Of a DNA stretch of 64,000 nt, positions 1 to 9,184 are shown one piece after another. The stretch is from Ignavibacteriota bacterium (lineage in GTDB: Bacteria > Bacteroidota > Ignavibacteria > UBA10030 > CAVZMI01). The stretch lies in NCBI GenBank assembly GCA_963776275.1, contig CAVZMI010000021.1:1-64000 (forward strand). The letters are read 5' to 3'. Made by a program: the position numbers and the translations under genes. Below the pieces are notes generated by a model. That model saw nothing but the letters and a program-made list of their open reading frames with translations, searched no databases and was not told where the DNA came from. How positions within the stretch are numbered: the first letter of the stretch is position 1; each line of letters opens with the position of its first letter.

Positions 1-33
1 AATAAGGCAGGAAAAACTTAGGAGGAGAATTAG

Positions 34-932
34 GTGGTCCGTACAGCAGTAGTCGGCCTCGGCAAAATGGGAATATCACATTTATCAATCCTGAATCAAG
101 ATGAGAACGCTGAGATCGTTGGTGTATGCGATAAATCAGGGTTTGTACTTGATGCTTTGAGGAAACTGACCTCTTTCAAATGCTATAATGACTATAGGGA
201 GTTAGCCGAAAAAGCAAAGCCCGAATGTGTTGTGATATCTACTCCTACCAGCACGCATTATGAGATCACAAAATTCTTCTTGGAAAGGGGCGTCAACGCA
301 TTTGTTGAAAAACCGTTTGGGACAGAGTACCAGAGAGCACAGGAACTAACCGAGATTGCAAGAGAGAGAGACTTGCAGGCTAGGTACGCTCCGCAACCGT
401 TTTGTTGCGCGACTTTCAAATATGTGAAGAAATACTAACGAGGAAGTCCTGGGTAGGGTATTTCATTTCACGGCAGAAGTAAATGGGCCCGCTTTTGTCA
501 AGGAAAACAAGACCTTGTGGCGTTCTAAGACCGCTGAAGGTGGAGGATGCTTGCTAGATTATGGTTCACATCTAATAAATCTCATTAACTACTATTGGGG
601 TGTCCCGACAAAAGCGACGGGGACAATAATGAAGAAGATATTCTCTGCTGAGTCAGAAGGACGCCATTTTCTCGAACCTGATTTCCCCAAACGGACTAAC
701 AGGCAACATCTCTGTAAACTGGAGCGAGAAGACATTCAGAAGAATGTCGATCACGATCACAGCACTTGGGAAGAATGGGAAGATTGTCGTTGATTCTCAA
801 GAGTGCAAGATATTCTTGACCGAGGACAACGAAACCACGAATTTGAAGAAAGGTTGGAATTTCAAGTACATAACTAATCTCACCGAGCCAGTGGACTTTT
901 TTGTTCGTGGCGAGTATATACAGAGCAGTTAG
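34..932 (+). pseudogene. Gfo/Idh/MocA family oxidoreductase, split by frameshifts (real pseudogene or sequence error)
   Basis: N-terminal VVGLGKMG Rossmann motif and VEKP motif in 34..438; GGGCLLDYGSH motif in 515..793; C-terminal part in 744..932. Confidence 0.8.
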
Positions 933-977
933 ACCATTTCATATGTATCGAGACAACCATGAAAATGATCACGTTGA

Positions 978-1015
978 AATTTTTTACTGTCTGAGATTTT
1001 GTTACGGTAAAAATT
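978..1015. terminator. Inverted repeat between convergent genes, possible terminator
   Basis: tttttactgt ... acggtaaaaa arms between the oxidoreductase fragments and aat. Confidence 0.35.
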
Positions 1016-1059
1016 ACTTTATAGACAGCCCCTCATCGAGTCGGGCTGGAGTTTTCAGT

Positions 1060-1659
1060 TTAGAAGGAACATTTTTTCCCGACTGCTTTTCGGAGCCGAT
1101 GTAGATAATCCTCACGTGGAATTTCTGTCGCTCCCATCGAAAGGAGATGAGGTGTGATGAATTGAGTGTCGAGAAGTGTAAAACCATGTGAGCGCAAACG
1201 TTCGATTAGTCCGACAAGAGCTACTTTCGACGCATCACGCTTGATGTGAAACATCGACTCACCAAAGAATCCCCCACCTATTGCAACCCCGTATAATCCT
1301 CCGGCAAGTTCCTGGCCAAACCAGGCCTCAATACTATGGGCAAAACCGATGGAATGAAGCCGTTCATAGGCGGCAATAATTCTTTCTGAAATCCAGGTAT
1401 CTTTGCGTTTTGCACAGGAACGGATAACATTTGAAAATTCTGTGTCGAATTTAAGCTCATACCGGCACTGCCGAAGCGCTTGTCGTAAACTCCGGGAAAT
1501 CTTCAATGCATTAAGTTCGAGGATGGCTCTGGGATCCGGAGAATACCATCGAATTTCTCCGGTTCCGGCTTCCGCCATGGGAAAATACCCGTGACAATAC
1601 GCGGTAAGGAGAAATTCAGGGCTGAGTTCATCATCAATGTACTTTTTGGGGTGCTTCAC
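1060..1659 (-). CDS. aat: Leucyl/phenylalanyl-tRNA--protein transferase
   Basis: AYCHGYFPMA, WYSPDPRAIL, GFAHSIE, GGLYGVAIGGGFFGESMF, DASKVAL and LLDTQF motifs. Confidence 0.95.
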   Translation of the reverse strand: MKHPKKYIDDELSPEFLLTAYCHGYFPMAEAGTGEIRWYSPDPRAILELNALKISRSLRQALRQCRYELKFDTEFSNVIRSCAKRKDTWISERIIAAYERLHSIGFAHSIEAWFGQELAGGLYGVAIGGGFFGESMFHIKRDASKVALVGLIERLRSHGFTLLDTQFITPHLLSMGATEIPREDYLHRLRKAVGKKCSF

Positions 1660-1962
1660 CTATTGCGCATTCGTTTGGGTTTTACTTCTCTCGATTTTAA
1701 ACCGTAAAAGTTCATCTTCGATAAATTTTTTCCGGGCTTCCTTTTCTGCCTCTTGCTGACATCGACTTTCAAGGTCTTCGATTGAAGGACGAGGGGGGAT
1801 TGTCGCAATCTTTAATTTAATTCCGTGAACAACGAGCCGAACACCCATCACTATAAATGACATAAGTCCAATGTAGCTCATCCACGCGGGAAATATTTTC
1901 AGGATCGATAGACCAAGAAGAACAATGCCGATGAAAAATAAAAAAATATCCCTATAGTACAT
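1660..1962 (-). CDS. Small hypothetical membrane protein (2 TM)
   Basis: Two N-terminal hydrophobic segments and a charged tail; abuts aat. Confidence 0.6.
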   Translation of the reverse strand: MYYRDIFLFFIGIVLLGLSILKIFPAWMSYIGLMSFIVMGVRLVVHGIKLKIATIPPRPSIEDLESRCQQEAEKEARKKFIEDELLRFKIERSKTQTNAQ

Positions 1963-2019
1963 GCGAACTTTTTCCTTTTCTGTTTTAATCCAACACTCTT
2001 ATTATTGACAGCATATTAA

Positions 2020-2802
2020 TTATGTCCGACGGTGAACCATTGTCGCTGATGCCTGTGCGACCGGCATGACAATGATTTCGTTTATATTCACATGCGGCGG
2101 TCGAGTTGCACAGTAGATCACCGCATCGGCAATGTCATCCGGGGAAAGAGGCTGCAATCCTTCATACACCTTCTTCGCTCTCTCACCGTCGCCGTGGAAA
2201 CGGACAAGGCTGAATTCGGTTTGAACCAATCCCGGATCAATCGAACTGACTCTGATCTGCGTTCCGAGAAGATCCATCTTTAATCCTTCACTCAACGCCT
2301 TCACTGCATATTTCGAAGCACAATAAACATTGCCGGCCGGGTATACCCAATGACCTGCAATTGATCCGATGTTGATGACATGTCCGCGATTCCGGGAAAT
2401 CATTCCCGGCAAAATAGCACGCGTGATATAGAGTAACCCCTTGACATTCGTATCGATCATTTCTTCCCAGTCGCTGATCTTCCCCTCCTGCAGCTTATCT
2501 AACCCGCGGCTGAGTCCAGCACAATTAACAAGAACGTCAATTGTTTTCCATTCTTCGGGGAGTGATTGGAGTGCCTGTTCGACTTCGGGCTGATTGCGAA
2601 CATCGAGGGCGAATGCGTGAACCTGAATTTGCCGTTCTTTTTTAAGTCGATCGGCGAGCGTATTGAGCCGATCTGTCCGGCGAGCCGTCAGAAGAAGTCT
2701 CGCCCCGAGTTGTGCAAATTGTTGGGCACAGGAAGCACCAATACCACTGGATGCACCTGTAATAAGGACGATAGAGTCCTTCAAAGAATATTGTACCGAC
2801 AT
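2020..2802 (-). CDS. SDR family NADP-dependent oxidoreductase (YdfG-like)
   Basis: TGASSGIG, NIGSIAG, YCASK catalytic motif, IDPGLVQTEFS. Confidence 0.93.
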   Translation of the reverse strand: MSVQYSLKDSIVLITGASSGIGASCAQQFAQLGARLLLTARRTDRLNTLADRLKKERQIQVHAFALDVRNQPEVEQALQSLPEEWKTIDVLVNCAGLSRGLDKLQEGKISDWEEMIDTNVKGLLYITRAILPGMISRNRGHVINIGSIAGHWVYPAGNVYCASKYAVKALSEGLKMDLLGTQIRVSSIDPGLVQTEFSLVRFHGDGERAKKVYEGLQPLSPDDIADAVIYCATRPPHVNINEIIVMPVAQASATMVHRRT

Positions 2803-2900
2803 CTAAGAGTAATCGAAAGTAATTACAGAGAATTGAAATGTATTCAATAATACATGAGGAGTCATTAAAAAGCAAGAGAAAATAAACGACCACTACATAT

Positions 2901-3605
2901 TTAACGTATCAATTCTTTGGTTTTCTGAAATACGGTATCTAACATTACTTCCGTGAGCTTACCTGTAAATGTATTTTGCTGACTCGGGTGATACGAGCCA
3001 AGCAGAAAAAGACGGTCACCCAGTTGATATTCAACTCCATGACAGAATGCGGGTCGCCGTTTGCCGGTTTTCATTTCCCCTGAACGGACTTCGCGCATGG
3101 CGCGATAGGCATTCTCAAAACCAACTCTCCCGAGACCGACTACTACATGAATATTTTTAAGTAATTGAATTTCCCGGAGAAGATATGGGCGGCATTGTGC
3201 AATCTCGGATGGAAGTAATTTGTTCAATGGTGGAGCACAACGACAGACCGCTGTAATATAACAATTTCTAAGCTTTAGTCCGTCATTCCGATCGGTGGAT
3301 GTAGGTTGATTGGCAAATCCCGTCCTAAATAATGCGCGGTACAGCCAGTCGCCGCTCCGATCACCGGTGAACATGCGTCCGGTACGGTTCCCGCCATGCG
3401 CCGCAGGAGCCAGTCCGACTAAAAGTATTTCTGCTTTCGGATCTCCAAAACTCGGATTTGGTTTACCCCAATATGTCCAATCTCTGAATCGTTTCGTTTT
3501 CTCACGGGCAATCTTCTCTCTCCATTCTACCAGACGGGGACATTTTCGACAGTGGATGATTTGGTTTTGCAGAATTGCCAGTTCTTGAGCTGATTTCGAC
3601 TGCAA
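2901..3605 (-). CDS. Uracil-DNA glycosylase family 5 (UdgB-like, Fe-S)
   Basis: CRKCPRL, GLAPAAHGGNRTGRMFTGDRSG, HPSQQNT motifs. Confidence 0.93.
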   Translation of the reverse strand: MQSKSAQELAILQNQIIHCRKCPRLVEWREKIAREKTKRFRDWTYWGKPNPSFGDPKAEILLVGLAPAAHGGNRTGRMFTGDRSGDWLYRALFRTGFANQPTSTDRNDGLKLRNCYITAVCRCAPPLNKLLPSEIAQCRPYLLREIQLLKNIHVVVGLGRVGFENAYRAMREVRSGEMKTGKRRPAFCHGVEYQLGDRLFLLGSYHPSQQNTFTGKLTEVMLDTVFQKTKELIR

Positions 3606-3618
3606 TGTATGATCACTC

Positions 3619-4396
3619 CTATACTATCCGCTGCAAGAACTCAATTAATGCAGAATTAAATACTTCCGGATTTTCAAGATTACTCAGGTGAGCTGCATGC
3701 GGAATCACCCGTAGTTCAGCGTTTGGGATTCGCTGTTTCATCGCCTCGGAAGCCGAGACGGGAGTCAATGTATCGTGCTCACCAACGAGAATGAGCGTCG
3801 GCACTGAAATCGAAGCGAGTGCCGGGGTTGTATCGGTTCATCGAGGCCAGCGCAAGAAGCGTTCCTGCAATGCCAAGCGGAGAATTGTGTTCTATGATCG
3901 ATTGAATAAATTCGACAACTTCCGGTTTTTTCTCGAACGTCTCGGCGGCAAATACCGATTTGACAAAATTTTTCGCAAATGCCGCCGTACCATCTCTTTT
4001 CACTGCAAGAATCGATTCCGATCGTTTTACCCGCGTCTCATTCGTGTCCGGCTCGCTCCGCGTATCACAGAGGACGAGTCCTTTCAACCGTTCCGGATAC
4101 CGCTCTGCCAGACGGAGCGCGATATATCCGCCCATCGAAAGACCGACGAACACTGCCTTCTCGATCTTCCTATAATCCAGCAATTCGATAAGATCGTTTA
4201 CAAAAAATTCTATCGTATATCGTCCGTCGCCTACTTCACTCTTCCCGTGACCGCGGATATCGTAGGCGACTATCCGGTATGAATCTTTTAACGTTTCGAG
4301 CTGAGGTTTCCACATTTCGTGGCTGAAAGGAAAACCGTGGATGAATACTACCGGAACGGTTTCGCAGAGTTCATAGTCAATAAAAGCTCTTTTCAT
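3619..4396 (-). CDS. Alpha/beta fold hydrolase (enol-lactonase-like), frameshift near 3830
   Basis: HGFP, DIRGHG and GLSMGG nucleophile in 3779..4396; PTLILVGEHD and AAHLSNLE catalytic Asp/His in 3619..3804. Confidence 0.85.
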
Positions 4397-4416
4397 CGGA
4401 TTAGTACCATATAATA

Positions 4417-5625
4417 TTATTGAATTTTTTCGTTCGCCGCCATGACACGGAGAATATTTTCGCCCAGAATTTTCCTGATATCGGAATCCGAATAACCCCG
4501 CCTGAGTAATTCATAGGTAATGATCGGAAGTTTACTGACATCTTCGAGTCCGACCGGAGTCGACGGTATTCCGTCGAAATCTGAGCCGAGTCCGACATGA
4601 TCAACACCCATAATCTTAACCATATGATCAATGTGATCGATTAGAACGGCAACTTGCGGCGGTTCAATTATCAATTTCGCGCGAAGCTCATCTAATTTCA
4701 GTTCGAGTGAATCGCGATTATTTCTATATTTTTCTTTCGCTGCTTCCATCTGAGGACGGATCGTGTCGTTGGTTGCAGTGATTTTTTTGTTATAAGCCAT
4801 ATCGAGGTATGAGGGGTAAAAGTTGACCATGACAACACCGCCATTCTTTTTCACGGCGCGCAGAAGCGAATCGGACATATTCCTCGGCACATCGCACAAC
4901 GCTCGAGCGCATGAATGCGACGCAATCACCGGTTTTGCGCTCAGCGCGATCGCCTGAAATGCTGCTTCGTCGGAGACGTGGGAAATATCGATCATGATAC
5001 CAAGTCGGTTCATCTCTTGAATCATTGTGCGGCCGAAGGGACTCAATCCGTGCCAGCGTTCTGTCGTGTCCGTTGACGAATCACTGATCGGGTTGTTATG
5101 CATATGTGTAAGTGTGACATACCTGATACCCAGCGCATAGTATTTTCGCAAACGTTCGAGGCTTCCTTCAACTGGTGAACCATTTTCCATCCCCATCAGG
5201 ATGGCCCGCTTCCCCTCGCGTTTTAATCGGAGGATATCCGAAGTTGAGGTGGCTATTTCCGCAAGCGATGGGTATCGTTTGATAACTGATCGGATTGTAT
5301 CGATACGCTTCAAAGCTTCACGCGAAGGATTTTTCTCGTCGAGAGCGTTGCTGACATACACCGAAAAGAATTCAGCATCGAGTCCGCCTTCTTTCATACG
5401 AACAAGATCCACATGTCCTCTTGAATTACGTTTGCTGATATCGAACTTTTTTTCTTCAAACATACGATCGGGGACGTCGCAATGAGTATCCACAACGACC
5501 GCCTTCTCATGAATAGCTCGTGCCTTATCCCATAATTGTAGATCGAGTTGTTGCTGCGCTGCTGCAAATGAAAAACAGGCAACAAATATAAAGATAAAAA
5601 AGAAATAGAGATGATTGCTCATCAT
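4417..5625 (-). CDS. Membrane dipeptidase (peptidase M19), secreted
   Basis: Signal peptide from MMSNH; DTHCD, GMEN, DISH, SHS, DHIDH and GSDFDG motifs. Confidence 0.93.
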   Translation of the reverse strand: MMSNHLYFFFIFIFVACFSFAAAQQQLDLQLWDKARAIHEKAVVVDTHCDVPDRMFEEKKFDISKRNSRGHVDLVRMKEGGLDAEFFSVYVSNALDEKNPSREALKRIDTIRSVIKRYPSLAEIATSTSDILRLKREGKRAILMGMENGSPVEGSLERLRKYYALGIRYVTLTHMHNNPISDSSTDTTERWHGLSPFGRTMIQEMNRLGIMIDISHVSDEAAFQAIALSAKPVIASHSCARALCDVPRNMSDSLLRAVKKNGGVVMVNFYPSYLDMAYNKKITATNDTIRPQMEAAKEKYRNNRDSLELKLDELRAKLIIEPPQVAVLIDHIDHMVKIMGVDHVGLGSDFDGIPSTPVGLEDVSKLPIITYELLRRGYSDSDIRKILGENILRVMAANEKIQ

Positions 5626-5671
5626 ACATTCTCTCATAATGACAAATGACTGGAAAAGGGATTCTAATTCA

Positions 5672-5699
5672 TTTTTACTTTTTAATTTTTCCTTTTTCC
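5672..5699 (+). repeat. (TTTTTNN)4 heptamer tract
   Basis: tttttac tttttaa tttttcc tttttcc; same type at 7489-7516 and 24559-24586. Confidence 0.75.
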
Positions 5700-5783
5700 T
5701 TAAAATTTGTACATGACTGCACTCTAATGCAACATTCCGGATACATAAAACAAGCGGTTTAGTACAATGAATATAGACCCGGT

Positions 5784-6314
5784 TCATGCACCTTCGCGTT
5801 CACCCGCCTTTCGAAGCGGTCTCCGCGGAAGGTTCAGTACTTCATCCGGAAACATTTCAACAAGAAATTCAACGATACCTCTGATTGAGACGATAGCAAC
5901 CGGCCGATTCTCTCCATCGACAATTGGAACATGCCGGTATCCGCCCACAGCCATCATGTGAAGTGCAAATGCAATCGTATCATCGGGCTGCAGTACCTCT
6001 GGATCCGGTGTCATCACTTCGTCGATCGATATTGTTTTTAAGTCTTTCGCGGTTCCCGTGAGCTTTGTGAGGAGATCGCGTTCGGTAAAGATGCCGGCCA
6101 GATGCCCCATGCGCTGAACAAGAACGCAACCCACACTATTGTCTTGCATGAGTTTAATTGCTTCCGAGACAGGAGAGCCGGTTTCAACAACGATCGGTTT
6201 CGTCATACCCAGTTGGCGAATAGGCTCACGGATTGTACGCGAATCGAAAATCTTTTTCTTCGGTCCTTCATCGTACATCTCATGGAGTTCTTCATCAATA
6301 TCGACTTTATCCAT
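5784..6314 (-). CDS. CBS domain-containing protein
   Basis: Tandem CBS pair: GIFTERDL, EVMTPDP, YRHVPIVD. Confidence 0.9.
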   Translation of the reverse strand: MDKVDIDEELHEMYDEGPKKKIFDSRTIREPIRQLGMTKPIVVETGSPVSEAIKLMQDNSVGCVLVQRMGHLAGIFTERDLLTKLTGTAKDLKTISIDEVMTPDPEVLQPDDTIAFALHMMAVGGYRHVPIVDGENRPVAIVSIRGIVEFLVEMFPDEVLNLPRRPLRKAGEREGA

Positions 6315-6325
6315 CGTACGCCTCC

Positions 6326-6880
6326 TTAGTTTACCAATTGATACTGTACAAACTCATTTTTTCCCCAATGATATAAAATGCTGCCGCGCCGATAATATGT
6401 CAACAGAAATGTATCCGTATCGAACGAGATGGTCCGATTATCCGAGGTAACGTTCAGAACCCGCGCAGGAATTTTTGTCAGATACGCATCCTCTTCCCCC
6501 GATTCAAAAAAGGGGAATTCTTTCACGCTCACAGTCGCAAAGATATTCTTCTTTTGTTGAAACGCAGCAATCATGCGCATCCCTCCACCGCTTCGTCCTA
6601 GAATCACAGCATCGATCAATCCGTTCCCGTCAAAATCGCCCGTGCATAACGAGAGATAGTTTTCATGTCCTTTAAATTTCTTTTCCCGGAGTGTTTTGAT
6701 GTAATCGAGTGTCGAGAGCGGGACAAAGCTCGAATCGAACGCACGAATCGCTTTCTGAATAGAACGCGAAAGGACGATTTTAGTTCCCTGAGGGGTATCG
6801 CGTGTCGTGACAGGCGAAACCTGTGCGGCCGTAGAAAATGGGACCAGGAGAATTGCGAGAACAAGCGCTCTTTTCGACAT
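6326..6880 (-). CDS. Hypothetical secreted protein with GDFDGNG (FG-GAP-like) motif
   Basis: Signal-like MSKRALVLAILLVPFSTAA; the longer ORF-track version reads through the 32-bp repeat array. Confidence 0.65.
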   Translation of the reverse strand: MSKRALVLAILLVPFSTAAQVSPVTTRDTPQGTKIVLSRSIQKAIRAFDSSFVPLSTLDYIKTLREKKFKGHENYLSLCTGDFDGNGLIDAVILGRSGGGMRMIAAFQQKKNIFATVSVKEFPFFESGEEDAYLTKIPARVLNVTSDNRTISFDTDTFLLTYYRRGSILYHWGKNEFVQYQLVN

Positions 6881-6954
6881 ATGGCTTTTCTCTGCTTTGA
6901 TCATATTTATCCGGGAAAGTGTCAGCAATGTATTGAAAAAGGAAGAAAAAAACA

Positions 6955-7220
6955 TGTCCTGAGCGAGCGGAGCGAGTCGAAGGGCTTGTCCTGAGCGAGC
7001 GGAGCGAGTCGAAGGGCTTGTCCTGAGCGAGCGGAGCGAGTCGAAGGGCTTGTCCTGAGCGAGCGGAGCGAGTCGAAGGGCTTGTCCTGAGCGAGCGGAG
7101 CGAGTCGAAGGGCTTGTCCTGAGCGAGCGGAACGAGTCGAAGGGCTTGTCCTGAGCGAGCGGAACGAGTCGAAGGGCTTGTCCTGAGCGAGCGGAGCGAG
7201 TCGAAGGGGAGTCGAAGGAC
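6955..7220 (+). repeat. Tandem array of 8 x 32-bp REP-like units
   Basis: Unit tgtcctgagcgagcggagcgagtcgaagggct; units 6 and 7 carry a g>a variant; last unit ends ...gaaggggagtcgaaggac; no spacers. Confidence 0.95.
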
Positions 7221-7254
7221 GGGGCGGGACTTGGCATGACGGACTAGACTTGCT

Positions 7255-7516
7255 TCCTTTACCTTTTCCTCTACCTCATCCTCTACCCCCTCACTCACTA
7301 CATTCGCTCGCTCCACGAAGTGGTACCCTTCGGTACGCCTGCGGCGTGCTCAGGGTAAACTTTAGTGCGGGATAAACTTTACCTGTCTTTACCAGATTCC
7401 ACCCCTCCGGGGTTCTGATTTTTTTTACTATCCGAGAACCTACCAAGATACCGCCCCTTACAGGTCGTAGACCTCCGGGGCTCATCTGTTTTTCCTTTTT
7501 AATTTTTAATTTTTCC
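7255..7516. repeat. Composite intergenic region of nested palindromic elements, hexamer tract and heptamer tract
   Basis: 6-bp-period cct(c/t)nn tract; cccttcggtacgcctgcggcgtgctcagggtaaac; acccctccggggt-type palindromes; (TTTTTNN)4 at 7489-7516. Confidence 0.7.
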
Positions 7517-7546
7517 TTAGAACCGTATTTTCTATTTACGCATTCC

Positions 7547-9040
7547 TCACCATTTATATCGTACTGTATAGCTGATCACCTTTTCCCCGTTCTTCGGTAT
7601 CGTCACCGGAAATTGTATCGTCGTCTGATCGACCTTTGTCCACTCCGACGAAGCTTTCGTGATCTCCCATTCACTCCATCGCCACGGATGCTCATATACG
7701 TACACCGTTACATCTTCATTCTTGTGATTACGGACTTTGATCTCAAACGATTCGTCGTACAAATGTCCTGAAACAATTACTTTGAAATCCTTTTGTGCCC
7801 GCTCTCCCACGAGATCAAACGCATTTCCCATATAAAGCCTCACCTGCTCGTCTTTCGGCGTATGATCGATCTCGTCCTCACCGACGAATTGTTCCTTCCC
7901 GTCGTCATCGCGTTTGTACACCCGGACTTTCCCCTTCGGCAGAGGAATGCCAAGCTCGTTCTTCTCCGTGTTCTTGAATGTAACATACACGCCTACTTTT
8001 GGATTCGACTGCTGTCCGAAACTCCCCTGGTCGCGGTAGCCATAGTTGTACCGCCAGTATTTCCATTGATCGGCGATTCCATCATAGATGAAAATCTTCT
8101 GTGCATTCACTTTGTTTGCCGAGACAAGCTCGATCTGTTTTGTTTCATCATTCATTACATCGGTCCTTCGCTGCAATGTATACAGATGATATTCGAACAA
8201 TCCCGATTCTTTGAATTGGCGTTCACTTGACAGACCGGCTACCACCTGTGATTTTGCCATAAAACTTATATTTCCTTCGGGCTGAACGATATTGACATCG
8301 CCAGCCACGAGTTTTAATCCTGCATTGAAAAATGATGTCCCAGAATTATTGGTAATCGTTACCCATCCCGTCAATGAGAGATTCTTGTCATCCTTATCAA
8401 GCAACGCCACATAATTCGCGTTCCATGTCAATTGATGTGCGAGATAGCTGATTTCCGCCTGATGCTGTCCGGCTTTTAAATTCTCAATCAGCCATTCTAG
8501 CTGCGGCTTCAATATTAAACCTTCCGGAAGCTGCGGTAGTATGAGGCGCCCGCCGGGATTGACCTCAATCTTTCCATTAATCTCGGCGATCATACCTCCG
8601 GCGGGATATGATTGATTAGGTACATAACCCGACGATAGGAGTTTCCCCTGTACGGTATATTCCTTGTTGGTCCCGGGCTCAACGCGAATCCATTCGACAG
8701 ACTGACCGACATATTTACTCAGCAGTTTCGCCTGACTGACAAGATCGTACTGATAGTTTTGTTCCAGTACTCTGACAGCATCCGGAGCGGTTTTACTCTG
8801 AAAGTGCAGCGAAGTCCCATCAATCGTTGCAGGAACATCGGAAATCACAAGACTGCTCAACCCTTTCTGTAAATTGAGCGTTCTTTCCTCACGTACGAGA
8901 GCAAGATTTGCATTATAGATTGTCAGATCGACGGCCGATCGCTCTCCAGCTTTACTTTCGGCGAAATTCTTCTTTATCGACTGGGCATCAGCGAATGTGA
9001 CAACCGCCAGCGCCAGCAGTATGATGATGAGATGTTTCAT
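7547..9040 (-). CDS. DUF4139-like domain secreted protein
   Basis: Signal peptide; LTIYNANLALVRE, LEQNYQYDL, LFEYHLY, LPKGKVRVY and GEDEIDHTP motifs. Confidence 0.8.
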   Translation of the reverse strand: MKHLIIILLALAVVTFADAQSIKKNFAESKAGERSAVDLTIYNANLALVREERTLNLQKGLSSLVISDVPATIDGTSLHFQSKTAPDAVRVLEQNYQYDLVSQAKLLSKYVGQSVEWIRVEPGTNKEYTVQGKLLSSGYVPNQSYPAGGMIAEINGKIEVNPGGRLILPQLPEGLILKPQLEWLIENLKAGQHQAEISYLAHQLTWNANYVALLDKDDKNLSLTGWVTITNNSGTSFFNAGLKLVAGDVNIVQPEGNISFMAKSQVVAGLSSERQFKESGLFEYHLYTLQRRTDVMNDETKQIELVSANKVNAQKIFIYDGIADQWKYWRYNYGYRDQGSFGQQSNPKVGVYVTFKNTEKNELGIPLPKGKVRVYKRDDDGKEQFVGEDEIDHTPKDEQVRLYMGNAFDLVGERAQKDFKVIVSGHLYDESFEIKVRNHKNEDVTVYVYEHPWRWSEWEITKASSEWTKVDQTTIQFPVTIPKNGEKVISYTVRYKW

Positions 9041-9094
9041 GGTGCCCCCTTTCTCATGAATTACCGAAAACGAAAAGTCTTAAAGATACGAAGA

Positions 9095-9175
9095 GATTGA
9101 TGATTTCTGATTTATGATCTACCTGCCGAAGCTACACTTCAGTGGAGCGTAGGCAGGGGATTTCGGATTTATGAG
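9095..9175. repeat. 7-bp-period gattt(a/c)(t/g) tract interrupted by a palindromic element
   Basis: gatttct gatttat gatct[acctgccgaagctacacttcagtggagcgtaggcagg]g gatttcg gatttat. Confidence 0.6.
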
Positions 9176-9184
9176 TCGTTATTT

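Noticed and set aside
6955-7220. CRISPR array
   Set aside because: Units are head-to-tail with no unique spacers, and no cas genes are in the window
6780-7316. Repeat-containing proteins (ORFs 6780..7316 and the N-terminal extension of 6326..7237)
   Set aside because: Translations of the stop-free 32-bp repeat; the plausible gene starts at 6880 with a signal peptide
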